A stretch of 64,000 nucleotides of DNA from Eledone cirrhosa (lineage: Eukaryota), in NCBI GenBank assembly GCA_964016885.1, contig OZ024749.1, positions 48,608,001 to 48,672,000 of the forward strand. Direction: 5' to 3'. Numbering within the stretch: position 1 is the first letter of the stretch; the number at the start of each line of letters is the position of its first letter. The position numbers and the translations under genes were made by a program. The notes beneath the pieces were generated by a model that was given only the letters and a program-made list of their open reading frames with translations, did no database searches and was not told where the DNA came from. Below, in pieces: positions 13,563-31,028 of this stretch.

Positions 13563-16500
13563 ATTTCCTCGTAGGAAAAGAGAGGTCGACACAGTAATTT
13601 ACATTAGTGTATACAATAAGCTCATATAACTAACTATATGTTATTATCAACTCGAAATACGGGAAAATTACGTTTAATTTACTCACTAACAGTGGACTAA
13701 TGAAACTACTACAGCTGATGCAAATATTGGTTTTGATCTAGCCTAACCTCTCCTCCAAAATAACCTTCTATATTACCTCATTTGAATGTAAAGTATCTCT
13801 TTCTTCATTTCACAAGATCTCTTTATCTCGCTGTTATCAACACTCTTTCTTTCATTTCCTCTCTCTTTCCACTTGATAAACATATACATTTGCGAATATT
13901 TAATAATATCTCAAATACATACAATTATACAACTCATATAGTACAATTAGCGTCCCATCTAAAGTTTTGAGTTGAGATTTCACCAGTTGCACTCACAATA
14001 CCAACCGGACATATTTACGGGGTTGGATTAAACGACAATACTTACCCGTTTTAAATGATTTCCATGTGCTAATATTAGACTCTAGTACATCAAAATATCT
14101 TTCTCTCTATCTATCTATGTATGTATCTATCTATATCCCTTTCTCCCTCTATATCTCAATCTCTCTCTCTCCACCCGCACACATACAAAGACACACCAAC
14201 ACAGGCACATACATATATATATATATACCATTGAAAATAAAATGATTCGTATGAGAAGAATTTCATAGAACAGTAATAGATTATTCGGCAGTGTAACTGG
14301 TAAGGAGAAAATTCGCTTCACAAAGAAAAAATATGTTGTAAACACATCAAAGCCAGGTTTTTATGAAGAACCATATTTTTTTTTATTAAATCACTTGCCG
14401 AAAGGTTTTGATTGCCATTATACAAGTATACAGCTCTCCATTAAACACAGATTTAAAAACTTCAATGTGTATATTGGAATGATTGCTGAGGATAAAGCAA
14501 ATGAACATAACACTGAAAATGAAATAAAGGGAAACACATCAATGTTCCTTCCATCGTTTCTAAGTTTTCCTCAATAAACCTATGGACGTATTATTCCCTG
14601 AGGTTTGTTTTCAATATGTCGTTTTCAGTCAAAGTATATAATGGCGTGCTTCATGCAGATATAATCTTTGCATTTTTAGTTCTTTCCTTCTACAGCGTAC
14701 AGAATTCTTTTAACCGAGTAATGGTGTGGTTTCCTAGTGCACAGGGAGTAATATCTTCTAATTAACTCTAACATTCTGAATATATTCAATATAAAATCGC
14801 CTTCTATTCAAAGCTATGCTTATTTTCAGCATATCTCTTCAAGTAATACAACTCCATGAAATAATTTCCTACACGAAACATGCATGTATATTACACATGA
14901 AAAGGAAGTGCATCCTTGACCCTGCGTGAGGCACCCGCAGAAATAAACGGAGTGAGGTGATAATACTAAATAATTCGACAATTTGCGGCATATAGTATAT
15001 CAATTTAACAAGAACAAGTTTTTCACTAGAAATGTTTCATATATATCAATCACATTCCAATATCTATATAACATTTGTAATACTATTATTCACGAAAAGA
15101 GTAGACTTGAAATTATAATCTTGATTTTTTTCTTAGTGATTCCTCAAAAGGTTTCTGCTGATCAGGAATGAAAGGATGAAAGCGATTTATTCAGTGTCTT
15201 CTACCTATTCTTCGTGATGAGAGACGAGATTTACCCAACCAGTACTGAATCTTCAAATTTCCTGTATAAAGAAAGTTTATGTCTAATCCAATGATTTAAA
15301 ATGGACACATTTTAGGGCGTGAAATTTGTTGACATGACCATTGGTTATATTTGAATATGTAGGCACAAATTCGAAACAAAGAAGAAATAAAAAGGAATCT
15401 GACAACAGTAAGCTATGAACTTAGAACGAAATAATTTGATCTTAGCCTGAATTAATATAGCAATATATTCATTGCGGTACCTATGAAAAATATATCAGCA
15501 TATTGATACTTTCCTTCGTTTGTACTCATTATTGATCACAATATATCCATGACATGTTACATTAATAGATTTATGGTGTGTTTAACTCTTAATAACTCTA
15601 ATTCAAACTTGTGTTCAACGACATAAATCAGTCGGTCGGTTGATCATACGAGTAGTATAATATTTTCTTTAGGGATTTATTTCCATTCAATGAAATGTAT
15701 AGTTAATGTCTATGCTTGTATATAATAAAGTTTATATGATCATCAAAATTACAACTGTTTATATTGTTATGTGAATTGGACTAATTGAAATAAAACACTA
15801 ATTGAGAGAATTCAAACAATTTTCTTTAACACATTTAGTTAATTGTGAAGAATTATGTCTGGCATCATTCCTGTCACAACTTTTATTATATCGATCTGTT
15901 ATGTGTAACAATGTATGCCACTTATACTTGGTCATAATGTCCAAACGAATTCTATCGATTAGTATACTTTTAGAATACGTCACCATCACTATCAATCATT
16001 ACTCTACTTGAGACAACTTAGACGGCTCGACTTGTGAGGTATAACAGTCTATTTTTCATATTTCACACTATCTTGTCGTTGAAATAAAAGAACTGAATGG
16101 ACAATACTTTACTAAGTATAATAATTATAACAAGCGTGATTGTTATCACAATAATGACTGATTTGAAGTTAAAAGAACCACCGTATCTACAGCAGATAGT
16201 ATTTTTATGCTATGACAGTTCATAGCATAGCATCGTCTAGTAACCGTTGTCAAATGTTCACAGATTCGAGTGACTCGTGTATAATTCTCGAATTGGAATA
16301 TAAAACAATTTATCTTAAAAGTTTGCGGAGAATACTTTTACAGAATTGAAAAGAAAATTATAAGTAAACATTTAAAGGTAAATATATTTATTCCGTTTTC
16401 CCCTCCCTTATGTATTCATATAGAATGACATACATGTATCTCAGTAAATACATCGATAGATTACTAATAAGTATATACATAAGCAACTTCAAGAAAAAGT

Positions 16501-16614
16501 CATAATGCATTCATTACATAATTTCGTGTCATTCTGTGTCAACATTTCAGCAACTGTTTACCTGTGAATATTCTGCGCATGATTTTAAACCACTTTCATT
16601 TATTATTAGAATAA

Positions 16615-17255
16615 GTGGATTGGCAGTATTGATAGAGGGTCAGACACCATGTCTTGCAGCATAGAGTTATGGCCCTTTATGGTCTGAGTTCAAACCCCGC
16701 CGAGGTTAACTTTGCCTTTCATCCTTACGGAGTCGATAAAATAAAGTACCAGTAATGCACTGGGATAATTGCTGGCCTTGTGCCAAAAGTAGAAACAATT
16801 ATTTTAATAATGAGGGTGGTAGATTTGCAGTATCTGTAGAATGTCGAACCAAATAATGTGCAGCATATTGTTACGTATGGGTTCAAATCCCACCGTTGTT
16901 ATTATTTCATCAATACGGGGTCGATAGAATAAATTACTTTTGACGCAGGTGGTTGATTTAATCGGAATTCCCATGCACCTAAATTGTTGGCCATGCACCT
17001 CAATCAGAACCTATTATTATTAAAATAATGACGGCGGTGGATTGATCGTGTCTGTAGAGCGTCGGACAACCTGCTTTGTGGTATATTATTCCATCCTTAT
17101 TCGATCTGAGTTGAAATTCCGCTACAGTTATCTTGCCGTTCATCCTTACAGCTTCAATACAATAAAGTGCCATTGATACAGTGACGTTGATTTGGTCGAG
17201 TTCCGCTTTCTCTTCCAATTACTGGCCTTGTGCCAAAAGTAGAAAATATGATTAT
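16615..17255 (+). mobile_element. Tandem array of three SINE copies (one young, two old)
   Basis: 16615-16803 is a near-consensus full-length copy; 16814-17018 and 17033-17255 are degenerate long-subfamily copies. Separated by (TAA)-rich tails. Confidence 0.9.
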
Positions 17256-18392
17256 TACAGTAATGATGTTAGCCGATCTTACACATTCAGGAAGATTCTC
17301 GAAATTAAATATTTTCAAAATGTATACTGTGTGGAGGGGAATCCCATTGATTTACTTTTACAAATGCAAATACTTATTTGCAAATAATTGTTTAGATATA
17401 TTCTAATACCATATCTTTCTCTGTTACTTTCTACGAAGGGCACTTGAAGGATTTATAGGCTGACTATTTATAGGCTAAATATTTAGTACATCAATTTGAA
17501 TTCTTCTTATTAAAAATTGAATTGTTTCTTTCCAGGGATTATGCTGACAAATAAACCTTATTTGGGCATTCCATGAGAGTATCTTGGTCAGCCTATGATG
17601 TTTTCTACCAACCCTCATATCTTTCTTCCAGCAATGATATTCATATATAGCTTTCCGATTGGAAAGGTTAAACAATGGAGCTATTGAAAATAATATTCAG
17701 TGCTGTGCCGTTGGCTCGGACATGAGTATGAGAAATAGGTCAATTTTGCAATTTCCACATAGAGGTCGATAATGTAAATATAGGAGCGGTAGTGTTGTCA
17801 AATAAATTCTCTATGAGATTCAACATCAAACTATTGGCATCTTTCCAACACGAAATTGTTAACATTATGCTGTCCTTATATTTAATAGATTGCAAACAGT
17901 TTAGCTTTGATTTAATTCCTGCTACATACATCACTTCAGCACAACGCTCTTCATACATTTCCTGAAACTCTATTATCAATGAAAACTTATTTAGACTTAT
18001 GCTTAAAGAAAAAAGAAATAAATAGCTTAGTGTTGAACAATATCTTCAACAGTTGATCGTTTTATCACGTATTACTTTCCTGTATAAAACGCTCACACCT
18101 ACTAACATGCCTTTGTTCTCTAAGTACTCCAGTTAACTTCGAAGTATTATACGTCTTTCCCTTATGTGCTTGTTTATCTTTTGCTGTTTATTCAAATTCT
18201 CCCATTCCTACCAGATTCTTTCATGTTTTCTGGTGTTTCTACTTTCATAGAATGTGTTTAGAATTTGAACGCCTGCACCTGGCTCTCTGTTTATCCGGTA
18301 TTAGGCAAATATATCACCTCAGCTGCACTCAAAAGTTATAATATATTCCATAATTTATGAGCATACGCTGACTCTAATTCCCGATTTCCCTG

Positions 18393-19635
<1,243 letters not shown>

Positions 19636-19637
19636 GG

Positions 19638-19711
<74 letters not shown>

Positions 19712-19804
19712 CATATATATATATATATATATACACATATATATATGTATATATATACATATATATGTATATATATACATATGTTTATATACATACAATT
19801 ATAA

Positions 19805-19874
<70 letters not shown>

Positions 19875-20344
19875 GTATATGTACATACTCGCATATATAG
19901 GCACATACATACATAATTGCATATAGAAATATGTGTTTATATATATGTATTTGTTTATGTATATACTATAATGTGTATGAGCCTACGGCTCTATATTCCT
20001 AAGTATGAGCTTGAATTTCTTTTAAATTGTTCTTATATATCTTTTAATTATGTATGTTTTTCTTTCTTTCCTTAGTTTTGGAAAGCTTAAGACTTGATAA
20101 ATTTATTTACTTTCATATGATGCACTAGATTTTCTAGTATTATTCTCGATTATTCCAAGAATCTATCGAGTATATAGGCACCTTGAACAAAATAATTTTA
20201 TGTTATCATCTTTGTGTATATTTGTATTTATTTGTCAGATGTCATTTATTTCAATATATGTGTCTCTCCAATGTTACTATCTATTTCACTTCGACTCTTT
20301 ATCGCTCTATGAAACCTAGCTGTCCATCCTTCTCTCTCTCTCTT

Positions 20345-20382
<38 letters not shown>

Positions 20383-21093
20383 GTAGGAGGTTAGTTTTAT
20401 TTTAGTACAATAAAGCAATGGAGATATCGGATAAGTAGCACTCTACAGTTTGTAGGACTGGAGCATACATAATATAAGATCAAGAGATGGTTAAAAGAGT
20501 TCCGTGTATTTTATTATGCGCATTTCAAAAACAAATATCATCATTAGATGACATTTGCGTTTTCGTCAGATAAAATAGGGAGACATGATAAGAAGGTTTT
20601 AAAACACTTGTGAATAGTGCAGTTTTAAATCAACATATATGCAGTTTAAATCATATATAATGAATTTGCAGGGGTCTGCATCAGGTAAATGTATCACACT
20701 TATACACACACAAACATTATTTCTATGAATAGAGACGAAATATATCTTGAAAAAAGACAAATTATTCAGTATTGTATGCACTTGGAATGAGTATTCAATC
20801 TTGGGCAACTTTTGGTATGAGGTCCATCGATAATTGCCCAACATTTGTTAGTATTTGATCATAGATCGTAGTTTTTGACAAGAAGATATTTCCATAGAGA
20901 TGTATCATTACCCAGGCATGAACGGTTCTGAATCATTTCAATGCCATAACGCTTTTTTCTAATGGGAAGGCAAATGCAAATATTAGATGCTGGCCCAAGT
21001 TACGTTATATATCTATTCACAAAGGAAGAAAATAGAGGTTGCACAAGATTCGAATGCAGAAAACAAAATATTGAGACATGTCGCTTCATATAT

Positions 21094-21133
<40 letters not shown>

Positions 21134-21432
21134 TGGGGTGGGGAGAAATATTAGCGGAAGTAATTATGAAGATGTACTAGTAACCTTTTATTTTGAAATT
21201 ACTTTCCCGTGCAGATGTTCCAAAAAAAAGAGACATGTTATGTTGAAATATTATGAGACGGAAGCCTTTGTCTTACAGTGGAAAGTCAATTGCTTAGAAT
21301 GAAAATTATGTTCATAATCAACCGCTGTTCTCATAGCATTATACTGACATCATACCCCTTCACTGCAAACATCCGAATCAATATATAGGATGGCATATAT
21401 TCTTGTATAGGACCTATTTATGCACACACGCG

Positions 21433-21472
<40 letters not shown>

Positions 21473-22396
21473 AATATGTATATATATATATATGGGTGTG
21501 TGTGCATGTATGTATATATATACATATATATATGACATTTATGTTAAGCTAGTTCGGGTTGGTAAACGATGATACACTATACATATATATAAAGAATAAT
21601 ATAAAGGGACCGGGGCCGATTAAATATGTTTAGAAGAAAATCTATTGTTTAGCAGAAATTAACTTTTATGACTTCGTAATTATATAAAGACTTTCAAGAA
21701 TGGATATGGAAGTGTTTGTTTCCGTACCTAGATATATGATATTGAAAGGAATTCCGTTTTAGAAAATGAAAGTTTCACCTTCGTTAAATCGAAAATTGTT
21801 CAGAATTATTTTTGTTTCTTGTTCATCAACTCGTTATTAATCGATTTACGTAAACTAATGTTGCTTTAGTGTCTGTTTGCTTGTTTCTTTTGTTGTGTAC
21901 TTTAGTTTGCCATTTAACTAACTTTTGCTATAATTTAAAAAAAAAAATTAACAAAAATCAAAAGAAAATATAAATAAGAAAAAAATAGCAATCAGGTTTC
22001 GTAAGTTTAGTAATTATTTTAATAATTATTTCCTAAGAATAATTTGTCCTTCAAGAAATTTTTACTTCATTTTCTTATCAACAGTTTATTTTATATAGCT
22101 GTGTTTCTTTTTATTTTTTATGCTGAAAATACAAAATTAATCTTAACTAACGCTTAAATGATCTTTGATCAACAATTGCTCACAAATTAATCGATATATG
22201 AACAAAAGATAAAAAAAAATAGAAATATAGCAAACTAATTTTTAAAAATCGATGAAATAATAGCCAGTAAAACTATAAAAAAAATCAGTGACCTTGCATT
22301 AGCTATTGACTAGAAATAGAAGCATTGAAATGTGATATATAGTTGAATGTGGAATGTATTTAAGAATATATACTATACACACACATATACATATAT

Positions 22397-22462
<66 letters not shown>

Positions 22463-23226
22463 CGTTCATACATATATAATTTTATAGTATATTACTAAAA
22501 ACTAAATAGTTATATGAAATGTTTCGTTAATTATGTTTTAAAATCAGAAACTCTATCATGATTTCAATATTGAAGGTGTCGAACTAAATCATTTGTTTGA
22601 AGGTTGGCTTGGTCCCCTTGTATTGTTTGTTCCGGCTATAGGGTTTCTGATTATATCATGAGCTCCCCTTAGGATTTCATCGTTTCGGGGTCAATAACTT
22701 TGAAATTTGCGAGTACTGTCGTTACATATTTTCTCTAAATAAGCCCCCTCTCTCACACACTCCTTGATACATAGACCCCGAACATGATAGTTGGATGGCA
22801 CCCATCAGCTTGGCTGCTCTCCCATGAAGATACAGCCAGATCAGAGAGATACGGACCCGCTGGAATATGTTAACTGTGTATGTGTGTGTAGATATATATG
22901 GCGATGAATAACCTAAAAAGAACAAAACAATTATACATCACTAATTAACTTTGTTTTATTAGTCTCGAATTAAATTTTAGAAATTCTCGACACGTATCTA
23001 GAATATTTATTTATTCTAAAACACACTTTCGTTACTAATCAGTCAGACGTTCCTACTCGTTTACATCCATTCCCCTCCCTCCCCCACACTCTGTAACGCC
23101 AGTTTTCTTCAAAATATACCATGAACAATTCATGCACCGCTAACCTCTCTCTTATTGGTAGGATGTGTATCAATTTTATGTCATTTTATTTTTGATCATT
23201 TTAAATAAGACATATGATGATTGTGG

Positions 23227-23271
<45 letters not shown>

Positions 23272-23279
23272 TATGTATA

Positions 23280-23338
<59 letters not shown>

Positions 23339-24412
23339 AGTACTTAATTTAAGCCGTGTACACACTGCGAAAGATTTGGACACAGTTTATCAATTTGTTT
23401 GATGTGATTTGATTATTCAGAATGGTATTGTTGCGCCATTCTTAATTGGAAATAGAAATGTACACACATTCCCCGTCTAAATTTAATGCGTTTGATTCTT
23501 AACATTACGACATCATGTTGACTGAAAGCAACGAATAAAGCTTAAAATGTAAATCTAAATATTATTTTATTAAGATTTCCAAACATTACAACAAGTTACT
23601 GAGAGCCTATTTGATGAGCTAGAAATAGCAAGCTAATCCTTTTCAAATCAATCCTGATTATCTTAATTGAGGAACGAACATGTAATAAAATATAGCCCTA
23701 GACGACAAACTAATGGGCAAGATTGTGAGAGTCGGAATCAGCGATTAGAGATTTATCTGCTCTATCATTATCATCACCATCACCATGACCATCGCCATCA
23801 CTATCCTGAAATTCTAAAACCCTTGAAATTATATGTTAACATTTACCCAGTAATTAGAATCACGCTACAAGTAAATTATGACCACAACATCCAAAACAAC
23901 AACGAAACTTGGATGCACAACATGCCCTAACATTACACTAGTAACATCACGAGCTTATGATGTTGATCTCTGACCTAATATGTCGAGGACAATTGATTAC
24001 TCTCAGAATAATGACACATAGATTCTATCATAAAAGGGTCTTATCTAATTGGAATCATATTGTCAGATGTATTGCAGAAATATTATATCGAGTAACATAG
24101 CATGAGCAACTATAGTAATTATAAGACCAATGTGGATAAAGAGAATATATGAGGGATGTGATGCCAGACTGATAATGACGATTAATCAGTCTGCCTTATA
24201 TATGCATTCATAACTATTTTTGTAGTAACTTGTATATGCTTATTTAATAATTCATGTAAAAACACAAATATGTTTGTAATTTAGCACATAGTAAAAATAC
24301 AAACAAACGGGATACATATCGCATCAAGCACACTGAATTTTGAAAGCAGGCAACACAGTTAGTTAATAATAAATTGCTTGAGTCGACGTAGCACATACTC
24401 GATAAATCAAAG

Positions 24413-24511
<99 letters not shown>

Positions 24512-24716
24512 AAGATAGAAACGATTTAAAACTAGTTAGACCATTACTATATATATAGAGAGAATGCAGGTAGGGAGAGAAAGAACGAGAGTCATATATA
24601 CGTACTATAGTTTCGATTGATCTATTAATGTGATATTTAATGAGATTAATACGAGATATTTTTGTTCATTTTATATCTGATTTACTTATGGCCCTCTCTC
24701 CACATCTCATGATCTG

Positions 24717-24772
<56 letters not shown>

Positions 24773-25532
24773 TGCGAATGTAGAGTAGCTTTCTTTTATA
24801 TTTTATCATTTTTCATTTAAAGTTTAAAGCAAAGTCATTTTTTTCCAATTCTTTCAGTTTCGTCTGTTGTTTTGTTGAATTTTGAAATATATTTGCCATG
24901 AAACAAATATCATTTGATATATGTTATAACAGTCTGGTAAACATGTAATGGTAATTTTACGATCGGATTTATGGCAACATACAACGGCCAAAATACATTA
25001 CATGTAATTTTCATCTAAGCGTTAGAATATTGATATTTTACTTTAAAAAATAAATAACAATTTGAAAAAAGAAAATGAAACCTATGAATTATTTTGAAAC
25101 ATCTATTGTACAATGTAGAGAAATAAACACCCATGGAATTAAGAAAAAAAATGAAAAACAGGGACAAAAAGAATCAAATGATCCAGTATCAAAATAGACA
25201 TATCTCTCAATGCTCAAATTCCCAATTCGTGTGAATTATGAATCATAACATAATTTGTCATTTCGTTGCATATGTGTATAGAACATATTATTAGATAAAT
25301 TATATAAAAACTATATATACTGGGACACACACACACAAACACACACAAATAGACACCCCCCACAACCGACATATATATATATAGTATTAAGGATCTATGT
25401 ATGGTTATGTATATACTAAAATCTTTTATAGTTATATATATTTTAAACCCTAAATAGTGAAAGACAGTAATTTATTACTATCTTATTACCAGTAAGATAA
25501 ATAGCTCAATGTAACAACAATATATATATATT

Positions 25533-25980
25533 CTAGGGCGGGTAAAAATTTCCCGAGATCCATGGACGAGTTCTCTCCACCGGTCTCTGTCCCTCATTAT
25601 CTCTGTCATGCCCTGCGTCTCCGACAGACCAGTGTCTGTCCTTATGGCATCGACATACATTAACCTTGGTCTTCCTCTTCCAGTGTGTCAATTTAAGGGC
25701 TTCAACAGGAGCCCTGAGTGCAATGTCAACTCTGGATGTCGGTGAGCATGTCCAGCTAACCTCAGTCTCCTCTGTGTCTCTTTTGAGCTGACTTTTGGGA
25801 GGCTCCCATACAGCTCTGAGTTTCTCATCCTCAGTGTATACTGATTAATGTTCAGAGCCATCCTCAGCATTCTCAAGTAGCACCCATCCACATCTGAGTG
25901 AGTTTATTGGTCAGTGTCCAAGTCTCAGACCCGTACAGCAGCACAGACTCTACTACAGCAATGAAGAGGCGGAATTTCAT
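25533..25980 (-). mobile_element. RTE-clade LINE, 5'-truncated 3' end (copy 2)
   Basis: Frameshifted KFRLFIAVVESVLLYGSETWTLT / DGCYLRMLRMALN...RRLRLAGH / GRGRPRL.YVD...DRDRWRELV. LLYGSETWTL is an RTE hallmark. TA repeats on both sides. Confidence 0.93.
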
Positions 25981-26314
25981 ATATATATATATATATAAAA
26001 TACATATGTTATTAAATAACATATGTATCTTGTAGCATTCAGGAATGTTGATTAATTGTGATAGGGAAATATATAATATCATTTAATATTGCCATTGGAC
26101 GATTGAAATGTAAACTCGTCATCTACTAATAGTTATCGAGTAGATGGAAGAAAATTTAAATATATATTGGATTTATATAGATGAATAAATAAGCGTATGT
26201 GTATAGGATATATGTGTTTACGTCTAAATCATTCATCAACCATTATTTTTGTGTAAAACTGATATGTTAGGACCCTCAAAAATGGAGAACAGACATTAAA
26301 ATTACTATTGGTTT

Positions 26315-26372
<58 letters not shown>

Positions 26373-26391
26373 CTCAAGCACACACACACCC

Positions 26392-26435
<44 letters not shown>

Positions 26436-26489
26436 GCTAATTTATGTAACTAAGTCACTCTCACTGTCACATTCTCTGCATATATATAT

Positions 26490-26640
26490 AAGTAAAATAC
26501 CAAAAAACAAAAACTATAACAAAGAGTTCCAGTACGAACAGTGTTGGTATTAGGTTCATGTTTGAGACTGGCGGGGCGGGGGTACTACGTTTCGGCCAAA
26601 GAGTTCGAGGGGATGTGGGGGATGGTGGTGGAAATATTAA
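26490..26640 (-). mobile_element. Possible PLE pseudo-LTR remnant
   Basis: Minus strand GGCCGAAACGTAGTA (~26583-26597) resembles the 3' half of a hammerhead. No CUGANGA found. Confidence 0.3.
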
Positions 26641-27055
26641 AAGGGGGGAGGATATATGTAGATATAGATATTTATATAAAGAGTACAAGTGAGATAGATT
26701 GAGACCGATGTTGAGAGATACTGAGAAGGATATATAGGTAAAAGGATAAATATAGAAATATATATCTGTTACGTTTTGATACATATTAACTACAAATTAA
26801 TTCGCCTAAAGACATTTGATAAATTGCAGAAACACGTATATCTAAATTATATTTTATTCACTTGTATATACAAATATATATATATATAATTGATATGTAG
26901 CACTGTGAGTTATGTAAATAATTCAGTTAAAACTATTTCAGAAAGGCTGACAAATAAAACAGTGACTTTGTATATATATTAGGGATAATGTCCGCAATCA
27001 ATATGTAAAAGAAAAACGATACAAAATCCCCCCCCCCCGTCTCTCTCTCTCTCTA

Positions 27056-27089
<34 letters not shown>

Positions 27090-27417
27090 TCTCTTACGAT
27101 TCATCTATCTCTATATAGCAATATATGTCTTTGTCTATCACATTTGATACGAATACTGATGAAACTTTCTTCTATGAATTGTAACGATTCTGAGTAAATG
27201 CTGCTATCAGAAATTAGCTTGGTCAACCATAAAGCAATTATTACTTCATTCGCTCCACCTAATTGTGTTTTTCGTTGTACTCTTCTGCTCCATCAGATAA
27301 AATTACCGACGAGTTATCTTCTATTTCTAACATGGTGGTTCATCTCTCACGTACACCTATCTTATCTTACAATTATTATCACCAAGTAGTTACACTGCAT
27401 GTAATTGTATAGTGTTG

Positions 27418-27481
<64 letters not shown>

Positions 27482-27567
27482 GCACATGTGTATGTATATA
27501 TTCGTGTGTACGAGACATATATATATATATGTATGACATAAATATATATATGTATATACATACATAC

Positions 27568-27604
<37 letters not shown>

Positions 27605-28559
27605 TGTGTGGTGGGTGGGTGTGGGTGTATGCGTGGGTGTGTGTATTCGAGTATGAGTGTGATTTATTTGTTGCATGTGTGATTCTGAACTTATGTGAAA
27701 TCTCATTACAATATGTTTTTCTGTCAGAGAAATCGGTGATGCTGAATACAGACACTTCGGTCTAGAATTAAAAGAACTACAGTCGGCTCACTATTAAAGA
27801 TTATGTCCGTGTCTTCGTATGTCTACGTCTTTTCCCCTCACATTCAAATGACAGTCATCTCGATTAACATCAATTGACATTTTCAGCAGGTGGTGTGACG
27901 AGGCAAGTAAAGACCACCTCTAAAAAATGTCTAGCAGACTGTATATTTCATATGTTTGAATTGCTTTGGAAAAAATACTTCGACTAAATGATTGTTTGCT
28001 ACTAAGGTTTCAATATGTTTGCTTTGTTTTGTTTATGCTACAACTTTGTTTCAGTTATATTATCAGTTTTGTAATTATAACATATCTTTGGTTCGTCTAT
28101 ATCTCTTTAGCACTGCCTATTCCATACTTACCAAACATAGTCATGTCCAGATGTATGGTAGACTGAAAAAGGATCGATTAAAAAGAGACAATTATCTTCC
28201 AAGGAAAATGTGTAATATTATAACACTGGAAGAAGAGTTATTATGAAGAACTGACTTTCGTCAGGTATCAGCAGCTGGGTTACATATGTATATATACATG
28301 TTTTTGTGGGTAACAATTCATTTATTGAGTTTAGAATAGTATATTAAGGGAAATCGATATCTTCTATATGCATTGCTACGATGATGGTTTGCATCCCTAA
28401 TAATTGTACATGTATCACATTTATTATCAAATGGCTCTTTCAAACTTTTCATCACATAGATACCATTTTCATCCAAATACACACGCACATACGCCCTAAC
28501 TGAGAGACACATAGAGAGCAACAAATACACATAAATATGTGCGAAAATATGTACACACA

Positions 28560-29363
<804 letters not shown>

Positions 29364-29672
29364 GTAAAATGTAGTCATCAGTTTTCCTGTGTGCAACTGA
29401 AAGTATAACACAATGGTAACTTTCTCAATGAAATTCTTGTTCCATTCATTATGTATTATGCAACCAATGAAAAGCTTAAAATTACCTTGTATAAGATTTC
29501 TGTCTCCTGTTTCAAAATTATATTAATTCCTAACCCATTTTGTGACATTACGTTATATATGTATATATATGAATATCTATACATCCATATATATTTATAT
29601 ATATATATATATTTATATGTGTGTGTATGAGTTGTGTGTGTATGTGTACATATATATATGTGTGTATTCATG

Positions 29673-29729
<57 letters not shown>

Positions 29730-30150
29730 TTATACATGTATATATACATGTGCGTGAATGTGCCTGTCTGTCTGGATGTTTGTATATGTTTACGTGTCAT
29801 GTTGCTTGAGCCTGTATAGATATGTGTTCCTGTTTATGTATGATATATAAACATGTGTGTGTTTATATGCGTATTTCTTCTCGAATTTAATGTGACATAT
29901 ATTTTTGAAAACTGTAATAGAATCATATTTCCTCTCTATTGTCGTGAGATAACAATATGTTAAAGCAACATTTATTTTGTGAAAATCAGTTGGTTTTTTT
30001 AAGCAATAAAAATAAAGAAAAATAACAATAATAATAGACACCATTTGTATACAATTTGATGTATTAAATGTAATTGAGTTTCATTCTCTTGGTTATTTCA
30101 TCTGCCTACCGTCACTACCATTACAACTGATGCATTATATGTTTTGTCAT

Positions 30151-30194
<44 letters not shown>

Positions 30195-30385
30195 ACGAGT
30201 AGGACCCCACGGCTGAGCTCAAGCCGTTTCGACGGCTAATTCTGGACTAGTCTAGAATTAGCCGTCGAAACGGGTTGAGCTCAGCCGTCGTGGTCCTACT
30301 CGTACCTATTACCCACTCTACTACTCTAAGTATTGAGTACTTTGGTGCGTTATGGTCCACCTGGTTCCTTATCACATTAACTTCG

Positions 30386-30388
<3 letters not shown>
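30195..30388 (+). mobile_element. Fold-back PLE-like end, family A: 109-bp palindrome plus tail, within (TA)n
   Basis: Palindrome 30195-30303 centred at 30248/9. The right arm has GTC-GAAACGG(G)TTGAGCTCAGCCGTC (hammerhead GAAA, helix III, GUC). Tail contains ATTGAGTACT. Second copy at 50548-50691. Confidence 0.75.
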
Positions 30389-30460
<72 letters not shown>

Positions 30461-30467
<7 letters not shown>

Positions 30468-31028
30468 GACGTAAAATAAGAAAATTTTAAAAAATAAAAA
30501 TTAACTTACTAAAATTTTCACCCCAACTAATTAGTTTCTGTAAGGGAACAAGTATAGTTACGTAACGTAACTATAGAGAATTCCTTACATCATCAGGTAT
30601 TCTATTCTCAGCTAAGTTCCCAGGCAATGCGCGGACACTAGGAACCCATATAAAAATAATAATTCAGTGGATCAAATAAAGCTAGCGGGGACTAAATTCC
30701 AGAGCACTGAAAAAATTCACTGCCTATTTGATCAGTGGCAGATTCTAAAGAATCAATCACGTGACCCTGAGGTTAATCAGTGAAGAGTGGGGTGGTATTA
30801 TGACAAGAGCCTACTACTACTAACATGAACCATAGCAGTAATTTTTTGCAAGTTTTACTCAACAAATAATTTGGAGATAAATATAGAGAATTGGTATATC
30901 TACCAACATTCTCTATAGTTACGTTACGTAACTATATTTGTTCCCTTACAGAAACTAATTAGTTGGAGTGAAAATTTTAGTAAGTTAATTTTTAATTTTC
31001 AAAATTTTCTTATTTTACGTCTTTCATA
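30461..31028 (-). mobile_element. PLE-like insertion, family B: ~120-bp inverted arms with a hammerhead-like core
   Basis: Arms 30461-30581 and 30908-31028 are reverse complements. Minus strand 30596-30525 reads CTGATGA-TGTAAGG...CCTTACA-GAAA-CTAATTAG-TT. Confidence 0.75.

Noticed and set aside
15798-15995. Minus ORF LDIMTKYKWHTLLHITD, superficially like a receptor periplasmic-binding domain
   Set aside because: Short resemblance only, with no convincing splice acceptor or donor.
17475-17979. Two minus-strand non-repetitive ORFs and a strong plus-strand acceptor (TTTCTTTCCAG)
   Set aside because: No recognisable protein similarity, and all frames after the plus-strand acceptor close quickly.
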